A stretch of 64,000 bases of DNA, from positions 5,890,001 through 5,954,000 of the forward strand of contig CATNEN010000039.1 of the NCBI GenBank assembly GCA_950097015.1, read 5' to 3'. Position 1 is the stretch's first letter; the number at the start of each line of letters is the position of its first letter. The notes under the pieces are model-generated. The model saw only the letters and a program-made list of their open reading frames with translations. It did not search any database and was not told where the DNA came from. Both the position numbers and the translations under genes were made by a program. Positions 11,001 through 23,474 of the stretch are shown piece by piece. The stretch is from Macrostomum hystrix (taxonomy: Eukaryota > Animalia > Platyhelminthes).

Positions 11001-14000
11001 GACGTCTCGGTGCAAATCAACATCAAGCCAGATGCCAGTCTGCCACCCACCGTCAAGGGTCCCAGTGCACCTCCGGGAAGCGCTAGATCGCGAGCTGGAC
11101 GAGCAGGAGCAGCTAGGTATCATTCAGCCTGTCGAGGGCCTGGCACCTTGGGTCAGCCGCATCGTCGTCGTGCCGAAGGAGGACCGCAAAAGCGTTCGCA
11201 TCACCCAGGACCTGCGAGACATGAACAAGCCAGCCCTGAGAGAGCGACACCAAATCTCGACATTCGAGGAGGCAACCAGCGACATGGCGGGATCGACGAT
11301 CTTCACCAAGCTCGACATCTTCAAGGCGTTTCACCAGATCGAGATCAGAGAAGACAGCCGCAAGTACTTCGTGTTCTCGACTCCCCGAGGAATGCGGCAG
11401 CTCACACGCCTGAGCATGGGATTCGCATCGGCATCGGAGATCCTTCAGCGCGTGATGCAGACGGTGCTGGCGGGCCTAGCGGGCGTCAAATGGATCCACG
11501 ATGACATCATTATCCACAGCCAGGACCTGGAGGTTCACAGAGGGCACATCGCTGCCTTCCTGACCAGACTTCGAGACCACGGCATCACCTTGAACGCTAG
11601 CAATTGGAATCCAGCCGTCGAGCGAGAAGATCGCCGAGCTGCAGGCCTTCACGGAACATCAGTCGGTCAAGGAAGTGCGGTCTTTCCTAGGCCTGGCCAA
11701 CCACCTGGAGAAGTTCATGCCGCAGCTCGCCGACAAAGCTCACACACAAAGGCCAGGAGTTTGTCTGGGACAGCGAGCAGCAGCAGGCGTTCCAGGCCGT
11801 CAAGGACTGCATCTTGGCGAGCCGCACCCTGGCCTTCTTCGACAAGCAGATGCCGACCGAGCTCGTCGTCGATGCGTCACCCGTGGGGCTCGCCGCAATC
11901 CTGCAGCAGCGGCACTCCGGCAGGCTGGTCCGGCCAGTGGCCTTCGCGAGCCGCACCGTGAGCGATGTCGAGCGCCGCTAAAGCCAGATTGATCGTGAGG
12001 CCCTGGGCGTCAAGTTCGGCTGCCAGAAGTTCTATCTTGATGGTTGCCCGCACTTCGACATCTACACCGACCACAAGCCACTGCTCGGCATCTACAAGGC
12101 GGACTCCCGGCCGCCACCTAGGCTAGAACGCATCATGCTACAGACTCAGCATTTCTCTTTCACGCTGCCCTTCCGCAAGGGCGAGGGCAACCCAGCGGAC
12201 CCTCTGAGCCGGAACCCGCTTCCGAGCCGCGTTAGCAGCAAAGACGAGGCCGGCGACAAGAGGCTGCTCAATGCTGTGGTCGAAGCAGCCACCCCGAAGG
12301 GCCTGACGCTCGAGAGGATCCGAGAGGCCACCAAACGCTGAAGGCCGTCATCGAGGCGCTCGCAACCGGCAACTAGCAGTGCGGCACGGCGACTCCCGGG
12401 CACAGTTTCCGGTCCCTGATAGACGAGCCCAGCGTGCACGCCGGCGTGCTGCTCCGCGGCAGCAGAATCGTGATCCCCTGCGAGCTCCAGCAGCTGACCA
12501 TCGGCCTGGCGCACCAGGGACACCTCGGGCAGAAGAAGACGTGCGACCGGCTGCAGCGGAAGGTCTGGTGGCCCGGCATGGCCCAGCAGGTCGAAGCCAC
12601 CATCTCGCGCTGCCTTCCGTGCCGGGCGGCCCTGCACAACGGAGCCCACAAGCAGCCGCCTATGCAGCCGACACCGCTGCCTCAAGGGCCCTGGCAATCT
12701 CTGAGTGTCGACGTCAGCGGTCCTTTTCCATCCGGCGAGATCGTGGTGGTCCTGGTGGACTATTTCAGCCGCTACCCGGATGTCCACGTAGTGCGCGGCC
12801 TGACCAGCGCTAGCATCATCAACTGTGCCATGGCCTCGTTCGCCCGGTTCGGAGTCCCGCAGCAGCTCACCACCGACAACGCGATGTACTTCACAAGCGA
12901 GGAGTTCAAGGAATTCGTCGACGGCCTCGGCGTCAAGCATCGCAGGGTCACGCCGCTCTACCCGGCAGCGAACGGCGAGGTAGAGCGCTTCAACCGCAGT
13001 CGCGGCAAGGCCGCCAACGCTGCCACGGCCGAGGGCAAGGACTGGCGATGGGCCATCGACGAGTGGCTGCTCGGCTACCGGAACTCGGTGCACCGTGGCA
13101 CGGACCGCTCGCCCAACGACCTGATGTTCAACAGAGCCGTCGGCGATGTTCTACCCTCCGGCCCCACAAAGCAGCGTGTCAGCGCCGGGAGGCAGCTGCA
13201 GCGACACGACCAGCTCTTCAAGCAGGCGATGCGGCACGCCGCGGACAAGCGCCAGGCAGCGGTCCCGCACGGCATCAAAGTGGGCGCGCGGGTCCTGCTC
13301 AGGAACCGCGGCGAGGTCAAGCTGTGGTCACCATTTGATCCGCGCCCCTGGGTCGTCAAAGCGACGAGCGACAGCGCCCTGAGTCTCGAGCGCGATGGGG
13401 CTGTCCTGAGGGGCACGTGACCGAGGTCAAGCCGCTACGAGGAGGCACCTGGGACCTTGACGGTCCTGACGGCACCCAGACCGGCGGTGCGACGCCTGCC
13501 ACTGACAGCAGCGACAGCCCGATTGCGCTGAGGGCGCACCCAAGGCAGGCGAAGCGGCCGGTAAACTACAAGCTGTTAAGCGCTGAGCGAACTGAGTGAA
13601 CTGAAAAGGTTTCGACTAACAATTGCGTTCTTGTGACCTTTGTGTTCAGGTCATTTTTTTCTCACTTCGGGGGGGGGAGATGTAGTGGTCTGCCTCGCGC
13701 ACTCACACTGTCCGCCCACGCGCCCGTACAAATGCTATTGTGTAACGCCTCAACTGCGCTCACATTGTCGATTGACCACGCGTGCAAGATTTCATTCCTG
13801 CACACTTTTGCGTGCAGGATGTCATTCCTGCACAAGCTTTATTCGTGCGATTTATTCAAGACGTTCAGCAGTAACCCGTCAAATGCTTTTCAGAAACAGT
13901 TTATTTAAATGTTTTATAAAACCAAATTGAAAAAGAAACAAACGCCATTACAGTGTGCCCGGGCTAAGTTAAATTTTATTTTCCAGGTTTTCCCAGCATT

Positions 14001-16920
14001 GAAACTGAAAATTAAAAAATGGATTTCATAAGAAACTATAGTCCAAACAATGATGCAGTCTGACACCCCCTTCCGTGCACAGCCAGCCCTAAAATTAAGT
14101 TAATTTGTCTACCTAGACCTTATCCGATCGACTGCTGCAGCTCTGGTCAGATTCACACCAGAGAGAGAGAGGGGGCCCTCTTACATAGTCAATTATTTTG
14201 ATAAGCGCAGCATTTTGATAAAACTTTAAATGTTAGTACTTGGGGGCTCTGCCCCCACACCCCCACACTTGACCCCTCTCTGTCCACTCACTGAAATTTA
14301 TGATGCAACTTAATAGTCAATCGACAATGGGATTCCAACACGCCCACTCATCGGTGTGCAGGAATCATTCTGCGACATGTTTCGCATGTTGCTGAATCGA
14401 CGACGATACTGGCTCGGAAGGCTTTGAAAGTTAGTTCATCATAAAGGGTGGAAAATTTTGATTTATCTCGTAGACTTTCACGAAATCGGTCATTTGGTTT
14501 GGGAGCTATCGTAAAGTGGGCAGTGGCTATTTGAAATAGCCCGTGGCTTCCCCCAGGGGGAATAGCGTGGTCTTTCTGCTGTTAAGAGCGACGTACCCAG
14601 ATCCGGTGTAAACAGGAAGCGAATTCCATAGTCTCCATACGGCTGCAACGCTGCCCAGGTGTAGGTAATCACAATGATAATTAGCAGAGTGGGCACCAGC
14701 ACCATGTTGACTTTTTCAATCCAGCGGATGCCGCCGATAACGCAGGCACCGGCCAGGAATATCGAGATGGCGTGGAACATGACGGGCCAGGCCGAGTTCT
14801 GCAAATTCGAACCGTCCATCTCGTTTCGATCGATTTCGCAACATCGAAACATAAAAAATGCTTTTGAGATTGCATCCCTCGCGTACCAAGAGGCATGTCG
14901 CCTCTTAGTTTTTTAATCAGAATGGAGCCACGCCAAAGGCGCCAAGTTTCTCAAATCTAGTCTCACCGGTCGATTGGGAGGCCAATAGACACCGAATTGG
15001 CGCACTGGGGTATACCGAATGCATTAGAAAGTATGGGAAAAGTTGACCTCGTTGGAAATCGTTGAATCCCTCGACGTTGTGGAGGGGAGGGGACTTGGTT
15101 CATGTTTCAGAAGGTGCGCAGTAAAATGTTAGACCGTGACTAGAATTTCTTGCGCCTACGATGTTCCGTACGCAGCAACGAAATGTCAGGCAGAAATTCG
15201 CCGCCCTCAATTTGATCGAAATCCACTCTGCAACTTTGGTGAATCTAGTGTGGCAAATCTCACCGCTACTTCGCTTGTTAATTAGCTGAAAATGGCCACC
15301 GTAAGAGAAATCAGCGAATTCTAAAATCCAAGAAATTCGGATGAAAGAAGGCTCTGAAGATAGGCGGTGAGTGACAGAGCGGTCCAAGGTTCCTGAGCTC
15401 GATTTCCCGGCGAGGCCACATTCATTTGGGGCGCAGCCGCAGAGAGAAGGCTTGAGGGCTTGTCGTGCAATTTACGCCCTTGAGGGCTAACCTCCAAGGT
15501 ACAGTGAAAGTGTGAGAAAGAAAGTGTTTCTGACGATGAGAAAGTCAGAGCAGATGTACACACCCTGTGTAAGCGTATGGCTGCTTGGGGTATATGTGTT
15601 CGTGTCAGCTCAGGAGTCAGCGAAATGGGCCTCCTCGCTGGCTGCGGGTCTAGTGTCACCAAATGATGCCCGCAGCCCTCCTGCAATTCTTATTTTATTA
15701 TTCTTCTTATTATTAGTTGAAGATCAGCTCAAAGTGGTTGAATGCTGCGTATCCTGCCTTGAATATTAATTAAAGCTAGCAAAAGAATCTAGTATCGCGA
15801 ATCTCACCGTCAGATTGTCAAAAATCGCGGCGCTCTCCTCCTCGGACTGGGGCAGCTCGCTGACGATCGATAGGCGAATCATCTCGTACAGGTAGAAGAT
15901 GCACCAGCCCAGGATCACGGCGTAGTAGCAGCTGGAATAGTCGATTATTCATAATAAATAATAATTGCAATCTTGGGTGCGTCAACTTAAGCCAAAATAC
16001 GAAGCCCGCATGTGACTGTTTGACCAGGCTTTTGAAGAGCTTGTCGAGTCGTGGGTGCTCACGTGCCTCAACGCTGCGGGTCGACTGTCGATAAAGGATC
16101 ACCACAGCCACACGGTAAAATCTCAGGAAATCGACTGTTGGTAGAAGCAGTACATCAGGGCATACACACCGCTTACTTAATTTTCTCTTCAGCCCACATG
16201 ATGTGCAGTGGCATCATCCACCCTCGCCCTCCGCTTTAGCCAGTTTAAAGATTTTCAAGATTTGTGAGGCATTGTTAAGCGTCTGTATTGTCGGCTTGAT
16301 TTCTGGAGCCTTTGTGAGCCTTTGTCGGGCAGTTCTCTGTTGGCGCATTGTTCAGCTAAAACAGACACCCCTTGTTATCTAGGTTGAGTATATTTGGGAA
16401 AACTGCAGAAGCCTATAATGTAAAAATCGACTCAAACTGTTCACTCTGTCCAGCATGCTCAGATATACTCGTACATAAAAACTTTTTTCTTTTTCATCAA
16501 CATGACAGATGAAAATTTTGTGTATTATACAGCCCTATGCTTCTCGACAATAATTGAGAACACAAAACTGATCCGTGCAACTACGAGTAAAAGCTAATTG
16601 GTTTGTTACCTGATAAAAAACGTGACGGATGTGACCCACGCGCCGCACCAGATGAACTTGTCGCCCATGGCTCGGTAGAACGACTGAATCGGCGATTTTT
16701 TGTAGTAGCGACCGATGACGTATTCAACGAGGAGCATTGGTGTGGACCAGAGGAACAGGAAAATTATCCAGGTGGCCAAGAAGATGAGAGTCCCCTGGCT
16801 GGCGCTGTTCTGGGCGGCAATTCTAGGAAAGCGCCAGACATTTCCTGTACCGACGACCGTGCCAAGGCACGAAAAAATGATGCCGGCCGTCGAGCTGAAC
16901 TCCTTCTTCTCCTCCGTCAT
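8016..16920 (-). CDS. Sodium-dependent NSS/SLC6-family transporter of prokaryote-like type, ~618 aa; exons 16920-16610, 15931-15808, 14798-14597, 10657-10495, 10055-9781, 9647-9556, 9428-9277, 8777-8642, 8417-8016
   Basis: TM1 motif GTVVGTGNVWRFP, EYVIGR, CYYAVILGW, WVDSLTQNAFDTG, STGLTFVWIP, FAGLSS; all eight introns GT-AG with compatible phases; 1857 nt in total. Confidence 0.9.
8839..8859 (+). mobile_element. 21-bp fragment identical to the start of the gypsy LTR, flanked by 5-bp direct repeat GACCC
   Basis: GACCC-TGTAGTGGTCTGCCTCGCGCA-GACCC; 21/21 match to 13681-13701. Confidence 0.8.
8911..9230 (+). mobile_element. tRNA-derived SINE family 1 copy (intronic)
   Basis: GGCGGTGAGTG head, TTTGGGGCGCAGCCGCAGAGAGAAGG and TGACGATGAG..GCAGATGTAC blocks. 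Confidence 0.8.
10108..10378 (-). mobile_element. tRNA-derived SINE family 1 copy with internal deletion (intronic)
   Basis: B-box GTTCGATT on the minus strand, (TTA)n tail, shared blocks. Confidence 0.8.
10855..13952 (+). mobile_element. Decayed, 5'-truncated Ty3/gypsy (Mag-like) LTR retrotransposon in the transporter intron, antisense to the host: RT-RNaseH-integrase with frameshifts and stops, PPT, 3' LTR 13681-13952
   Basis: RT (WVSRIVVV, DLRDMNK, FTKLDIFKAFHQI, WIHDDII), RNaseH (VDAS), integrase HHCC and DDE (VDVSG, TDNA, NGEVERFNR); PPT (G)nAGA directly before TGTAGTGG...CCATTACA. Confidence 0.92.
15361..15715 (+). mobile_element. tRNA-derived SINE family 1, near full-length copy
   Basis: Head GGCGGTGAGTGACAGAGCGG..GCTCGATTTCCCG, shared body, CTCCTGCAATT plus (TTA)-like tail. 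Confidence 0.8.
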
Positions 16921-18252
16921 CGCTTGATGAGGCCGCTTACCTGGCGTAAGGTTTTAGATCTTGGAATACTTGCTTGGCATTGTTATCAAATTTATTCAGG
17001 TGAAAGGTAAAAGTAATTTACAATTACTGGGATGATACTCAAAGTTTAGTCCATTAAAAACTCACCTGCTTATTTAGCAAAGGTACTAAATTTACTAAAC
17101 TAATTTCGTTCTGCGAAGTCTCAGTCAGTCCCAGATCAGTCCTCACACTAAGAGTCAACGAAAAGCTTTGCTTGGCGAGAGGTCGCATTTTGGCAGATAT
17201 TTATATCGGACAAAAAAACTGACTCTGCATGACTAAATGAATGCCCTATGTTGCTCGGATAAAGAGCTGAAATGAATAAACAAGGCGACAGGGCTGCAGC
17301 GCGTAGATAAGCGAGCCATTTTTTCTGTTTTAAAGTTTTTTTCACCGAACGACCGCGCTGAATTCTCAAGAAAATCTTTTTGCAGCAATTCAACGACGAT
17401 AAAGTAAATAGGTTGCACACAGGTGCGCAGATCGAATGGTAGAAAATGTAAATCGGTCTTAACTGTGTATTTTACTGCTAGGCAACAAAAGCTACCACAT
17501 TTCTTCGCCCTAAGTTACAGGTAACTCAGCCATACTCGTCGAACTCTGTTGCAGTAAAGGCAATCGAAGTTCTGCCTCGAGCACTGATAAGTTATTTAAT
17601 CATTGATTTAAATTTTAGGACTTTGCACAAGACGCATTGGAGTTGAATATAATTTTATGAAACTATGAGTGCAGTCTCAAGTATAATTTCAGTTTTCTGT
17701 ATCTGAGGCCGAAGTGCTCTACGGCATTTCTGAACTGCTTAACCTGACCTGTGAAGTTTGGTTGTGTCCTTTTGATGCTCAAATTTAAGAACAAGACGAT
17801 TTTTTCTGAAACAAGACTTGTTACTATCAGTAACTAGATAGTTAGAAGCTATTGTTTTCTGGCAGAAAATGTTTCTTATATTAAACAAGGTTAACGAAGC
17901 TCAGGGCTTCAATAATGATTTCATTCACGAGGTAGATTTAATTATATTTTTTATTGCACCTGAGCCTCCAAATAACACGAACCAGCTGTTCTAAAACTAG
18001 AAATTTCGTCATCAGTCTTTTATTTTAATTGTTTTTTCAGTGAGTTAGCCTTAAAAAAGGAGAACTTTTACAGACGTATGCCTGGCGAAATGCTAAAAAT
18101 AAACTTTTAAAAGCAGCATTAGAAAGCATCTATTGCGAAATAATATCGAGCCCCCCAAGTTGACCATCCACGTGGTCTGTTTCGCCTCATTACAGCGTAC
18201 ACAAATTTTATCAGGCAGCTTCTTACCGCAAGCAACTTACCGACTTCTTACC

Positions 18253-18500
18253 GACTCTGGCTACTGTCTGTGCTGTGACTCTGGCTACTGTCTGTGCTGT
18301 GACTCTGGCTACTGTCTGTGCTGTGACTCTGGCTACTGTCTGTGCTGTGACTCTGGCTACTGTCTGTGCTGTGACTCTGGCTACTGTCTGTGCTGTGACT
18401 CTGGCTACTGTCTGTGCTATGACTCTGGCTACTGTCTGTGCTATGACTCTGGCTACTGTCTGTGCTGTGACTCTGGCTACTGTCTGTGCTGTGACTCTGA
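18253..18500. repeat. 24-bp minisatellite (GACTCTGGCTACTGTCTGTGCTGT) x~10
   Basis: Directly visible. Confidence 0.95.
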
Positions 18501-19250
18501 CTCTGCTTCGTAGATCAGTAATAATGTAGGACACAAGTTCTCATGGTCTGAGCATGCTCCTTGCCTCGTCTAAATTTAGTGTGCCCTTATCTGCTCAGCT
18601 CTGGCTTGCACGCATTGCGGACTGCGCCGTTCCAAGAAAATTTCGCGATAAATCCGGAAGTTTTGCGGAGACTGCGACAGACACACACAAGTCAGGAAGG
18701 AGTTGTTGTTAACTCTAGCTTCTCAGCTCTGATTTGGAGCTGGCTGAGCTATGAAAGAGAGAAAGATTGTTGGCTGCTTGTTTCGACATCAGCAAAGTCT
18801 GACAATAAATTGACGGATGTGGGAGCGACACAAAAGGGACTTGGGTGGTGTCGGATATTGCCTGGCCTCAGAAGGGGCTGTAAGCTCAAGGCTTAGGGAT
18901 AACAGAAGGCTTGACTCCCTGAGACTGCTGGCGCGGGTCTTGTGCTTAATTCCTTGTTAATTTGCGGCACCAAAAACCGTCATACAATGGCTCAGCGGCC
19001 TAGAGCGGCTTCCGTTCTCTTTTCCTTGCCTCTCCAGTCACCCGTTTTCGGAATGGAATGGCAACTCATCCCAACCAGGCCACCGGTAATCCCCAGCTAG
19101 CTGTAAACAAGGGAAAAGAAATTGGAAAGCCGCTCGCTATAAATAGGGGCCTCCACCAGAAGCTACAGGCCTGGCAGACTCATCGCTCTTTAAAGTTAAA
19201 CTTTAGCTAGTTAACTTGAGGCTCGAAAAACGATAGGAAAAACTGGTGCC

Positions 19251-19785
19251 ATGCGCTGTCTGCAGATTCTGCTTCTGCTCTGCCTGTTGGTCTGCTGGAC
19301 TTGCAGCGGTTCTCAAGCTGGTTCTCGTGAGTACAAAGGATTCGAACCAAACTCGAATTGGATGATCATTTTATGTGCATTCTAAATTTTACAGATTCCG
19401 ATTGGGATGAGGCAGCAGAAGGGTGAGTTGTGCGTTTGGCTGTCTTATGTATCCCAATCAATTGTAACCCTGGTCTGCATGAGTAAGTTCACCGCGTGAC
19501 GTCATTAGGCAGATTATACAGTTTGGGACTGTCTCCCCTCCCGAAATATTTTCCAGCCCTGACGACGAATTCGGCCGCGATGAAGGCCGCGACTGCCGCC
19601 TGGTCTGTCATCCGCGCCATGGCTCTGGACGCAGGCACCACCCGTTGGACCTGAGCAAGCGCCCGTTTGGCGCCCTGTTCCGGCCCAAGAATCGGCCCCC
19701 GTCGCCGGAGTCGGACCGCAAGAAGCGACCATTCGGGCCGCTGTTCAGACCCATTGGGCGCAACCACAGACGACGCGATGATTGA
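19251..19785 (+). CDS. Putative neuropeptide precursor, 110 aa (exons 19251-19326, 19395-19422, 19557-19785)
   Basis: TATAAATA at ~19137, GCCATG start, signal peptide MRCLQILLLLCLLVCWTCSGSQA, two GTGAGT...CAG introns in phase, related peptides after KR and RKKR, C-terminal G-R amidation signal. Confidence 0.8.
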
Positions 19786-20131
19786 GGCTTGAGACGAGTT
19801 TGAATTAACTTCAGCAAGGCCGACTGAACTTAAAGGCGTGAAACCGCATGTTTTGGACATTTTACCTTGTACTTTAACGTACGTGACTCCAACAGAGATG
19901 CACCATCCACGCTAAATCAGAAAATGGTAGACAGATAATTAAAACGTAAATTTACAGGACACTCTCTTGACATGACATTGTGCCCTTGTCATTGCTCAAC
20001 CAGTCAAATGATTTTGCGCCTTATTTCTGATTCTGAATGAAAGTAAAGAGGCAAATAAGTTCGAAGATCTAATACTATTGGTTCAGTGATACAGATCGAG
20101 GCCTATGGTAATATTTAAATCTTTCGAGCGT

Positions 20132-22741
20132 TTAGGTATTGTGAGAGGCAGCCGATGCTTCAGCAGGAAATTTCCTGGCGTATTCAGGTGTTGTAGGAAC
20201 ATAGCCGTGTCGGATGAGGCTGTGAGCTGTGTCCGCAATGCTTTGACCCAGGTCCATCGGCTGGACACGCAGAAGTTCGCGCATCTGAAGACGAAGGCGA
20301 GTGGTTCACGTAAAGTATGCGGCACACAGCTGAACGCATGCAAAAAGCACAGGCGCACAAACCTTGGAGTTGTCGTACACGGACTCGCAGCCAAGACCGT
20401 ACAGCAGCTGCGACACATCGGACCTGAAGTAGCCGATCAGGCGGATGAGCATGTCCGGAGCGGACCTCAGCGGCACCCGGTAGCCGAGCGGGCCCAGCTG
20501 CTCATGAAGGATGACGGCAACATCGCGCAGGCCCAGAGTGCCAGTGTTGACAATCACTCTCTGACCGTCCGTGTCGGAAGTTTTCAGAGCGCTCAGGTGC
20601 GCTTTGGCAACGTCGCGCACATCGATGCAGGGCAGGCACACCTGTGGCAGCTGAGGCGCCTCGCGGTTCAGAATGAAGCGAATCAGGTTGAGCGAAGTGC
20701 TGTAACCGCTCTGGGTCAGCAGAGGCCCGATCACGATGCCTGGGTTGATGCACACCAAACCGAAGTGCGGGTCTGGCCTCAGATTGAGTCGATTGGGGTG
20801 GTTTTGCGATCACTGCGATCTCTTTTACAAGTTAATTTTGATATTTGGCACTTAAATAAACCGCCATACTTTTGATCGCCTTGTAGAGCCTCCAGGCTTC
20901 TTTCTCAGCCAGGGTTTTGCTGGTCTCGTAAGTCAGACCCAGAGGACGATTTTCAGTTTCGAACCAGACGCTCTCGTCGTAGATGCGACCTTTCACACCC
21001 ATGATGCCTGAAGGTGTTTCAGGGCAGTCAAGGGCGTGAGTGAAAGGTTAGTAGGTTTGTAGGTTAGTAGGTTTGCGCTGCTCTGTTCAGGGCTTGTCAG
21101 TGTCGACAGAATTCAAAAAGATCGCATTTAAACGTATTTGCTGTCGCTGCTACCATTTTTTTCCTGGAATGTACAGGCTTTTGGTCGCTAAGTGAAGTAC
21201 TCTTAAAATAAAAAATCTAATGATTCTCTCATTTGCTGCTGGCGCCGCTCTATTAGCAACAACTTTTACTCTAGCACACACCTAAGCTAGTGATTAAGAG
21301 TAAATTTTTATGCGTTAAAAATTGACAAATTATTTTGCTCTCAAGCAACAGCTCAGAGCTTTTGCGCTCTTGCTCGGGAGCAAATTTTACCTATGTTACC
21401 TACGAGTATTAGCTCATTTTTCTGCATGCGGCCCAAATGTTAGGATGCATGCCACATAGTACAATACGATCGCTAGGTTACTAGGAGTGCGAACCCACCC
21501 GCTATGCTGGCCACTGAGGAAGTCACGACCAGCTTCTTGACGGATTGAGTGGCGGCCACAGCCTCGATGACGGCCCTGGTACCGTCGATGGCCGTTCGCA
21601 GGGTGACGTCGGCCTCGGCCTGATTCCGCGGCACTCGCTCCGGGAAGCTGCTGGCCACATGCACCACGAACTGGCAGCCGTTCACCAGGTCGGGCCAGCG
21701 GATCGTCTTGTCCAGCAGGTCAGCTTCGACGAACTCGACTCGATCGGCCGGGTACTCGGCCAGCACGGCCTTCAGCTGACTCACCTTTGTGTTGCCAGCC
21801 GATGTTAAATTTCTGGCGGTAACGCGTAGGTTGAACCCGTCGCCTAGCAGCAGCTTGGCAACGTGGCTGCCAATGAACCCCGTAGCTCCTGTGAGCAGAA
21901 CCAGACCTGAGCAGGATGGGGTTCGCTGGCAAGTCTGTCTGTGCTCAATTCACTGCCGCAAATTAAAGTTTTAAAGGCCAATATCTTTAACGAAGAGCGG
22001 GAAACTGCATTTCTTAGAAAATGTTTAAGAGGCTGGTTTTTGCCAAAAATACACTGTGGAGATGAAAAAAATAATTTTTTTTGCAAATGGCGATCTTTTT
22101 TATGGAACCGGATCCAAGTCCGCATAACATTTTACTTCAATAAATTTTATAATACTATATTCCTGAACTGTTAGTATTCATGCTTTTTCGATTACTACAC
22201 CTATGTTAACAACATTAACAGGGTGTAAACATGCAATTCTAAGTAAGTCATAGGACTAGAGAGTAATTAATTAATTATCGTTAATTAATTAACTTGATCA
22301 CTGATCAGAGAATAAGAAAACTAAAGCTAATTCCGAGCGGTTTTTTGCTTTTTTGGGCTGAATGCAATTTTAAACACATCAAACAAAGTCACTAATTTGT
22401 TGCAGAAAGTGACAATCTTTGTTGAGTATTCTTTGGGGTAAAACTAGCCTCCTCTACATTTTCTAAGAAACGCATGCCTTGTATTGCAAAAAATCCAAAA
22501 ATTTAATTTAGTCTTGAGGCAAAAGGGGTGGCCACTTAGTCGTATTATAGTCGGTGAACCATCAATGTATCTGAATTCGAGTGTATATTTGCTGTGCGCG
22601 AGACACGGAACCGCAAAATCGTTTCTCAGCCGCATATAACAGCAGCTAGTGTGAAATGCTGCTGCCAATCAATGCTAAAGTTTGTCTACAAAAACACTAA
22701 TATGTGTGTCGTATGTAAAGCTCACCTTGACTGGATGGCAT
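20132..22741 (-). CDS. Extended-SDR NADPH-dependent reductase (dihydroflavonol reductase/aldehyde reductase-like), ~374 aa; exons 22741-22726, 21906-21499, 21007-20870, 20772-20363, 20284-20132
   Basis: LLTGATGFIGSHV, VVHVAS, VVTSSVASI, catalytic YETSK, INPGIVIGP, IDVRDVAKAH; 1125 nt in frame. Confidence 0.88.
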
Positions 22742-23033
22742 TCTATAGATCTTGAATTAGTGAAACTTGAATTAGTCTAAAACTGCCAAATTATTTATCA
22801 ACTTTCTCAGCTTGCAGCGAGCTAAAACTGACAAGTTATCAGCTTCGCCAGGTTGCCATGCTATAGCCAAGAAGTTGCTATGTACAAATCATTGGACAGT
22901 GACTTTTCGGCTGATAAGATACGGGTGCAAGGCTTTGCTAACTTATCATTCACATTGATTTGAACCTAAAAAAAAGTGCGGTTAGCACCAGCCTTCACAG
23001 TTTCACAGTCCGCAATGGCCGAGGTCGCACAGG

Positions 23034-23474
23034 TTAAAGCAAAATCGAATTCCAGCTCATATCGCGATCAGTCGGACAGGCCGATCGGGCGGATGCGGTT
23101 GGCATAGCAACTCGTTTAAACACTTGCAGTCCCGCACAGTCGCCCAGGTGTTGAAAGGCCAACGAGGCGCCGGTGTCGTCTGGCTGGCAGAAGCACCTGT
23201 CCGCTGAGCCTGGGTCCGCCATGCAAGCAGTGCTCCCAGCTGAGTCAAGCCTACTAAAGCGGGCCAGTGTAGCCTGTGGACCAGAGAGTCGGTAGATGAG
23301 TTGGACCAGGTCAGCTTGAGCTGCCAGCTGGGGACACGCGGCTGCCACTCTGCTCAGCAGCTCGGCTTTGAGACTCCCTGCTGGCTCATTGCTGGCTGCC
23401 AAATCTTTAAACAAACTTCTTCCAGACGCAGTTACGGCTAGAAGAAGTAGAGAAAGCAGCTGATGAAGAGACAT
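23034..23474 (-). CDS. Small secreted protein with six Cys, 146 aa, intronless, family unknown
   Basis: Signal peptide MSLHQLLSLLLLAVTASG; TATAAA at ~23546-23555; GC-rich ORF. Confidence 0.65.
   Translation of the reverse strand: MSLHQLLSLLLLAVTASGRSLFKDLAASNEPAGSLKAELLSRVAAACPQLAAQADLVQLIYRLSGPQATLARFSRLDSAGSTACMADPGSADRCFCQPDDTGASLAFQHLGDCAGLQVFKRVAMPTASARSACPTDRDMSWNSILL

Noticed and set aside
12146-13093. Long antisense ORFs over gypsy, TRAF and ANKRD exons
   Set aside because: Shadow ORFs expected from GC-rich codon usage
18133-18534. Cys-rich metallothionein-like ORF (DSGYCLCC)n
   Set aside because: 24-bp minisatellite open in several frames; no ATG-led gene structure
22790-22955. 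GATA-site cluster upstream of the reductase gene
   Set aside because: Short motifs in AT-rich DNA; cannot be distinguished from chance without data
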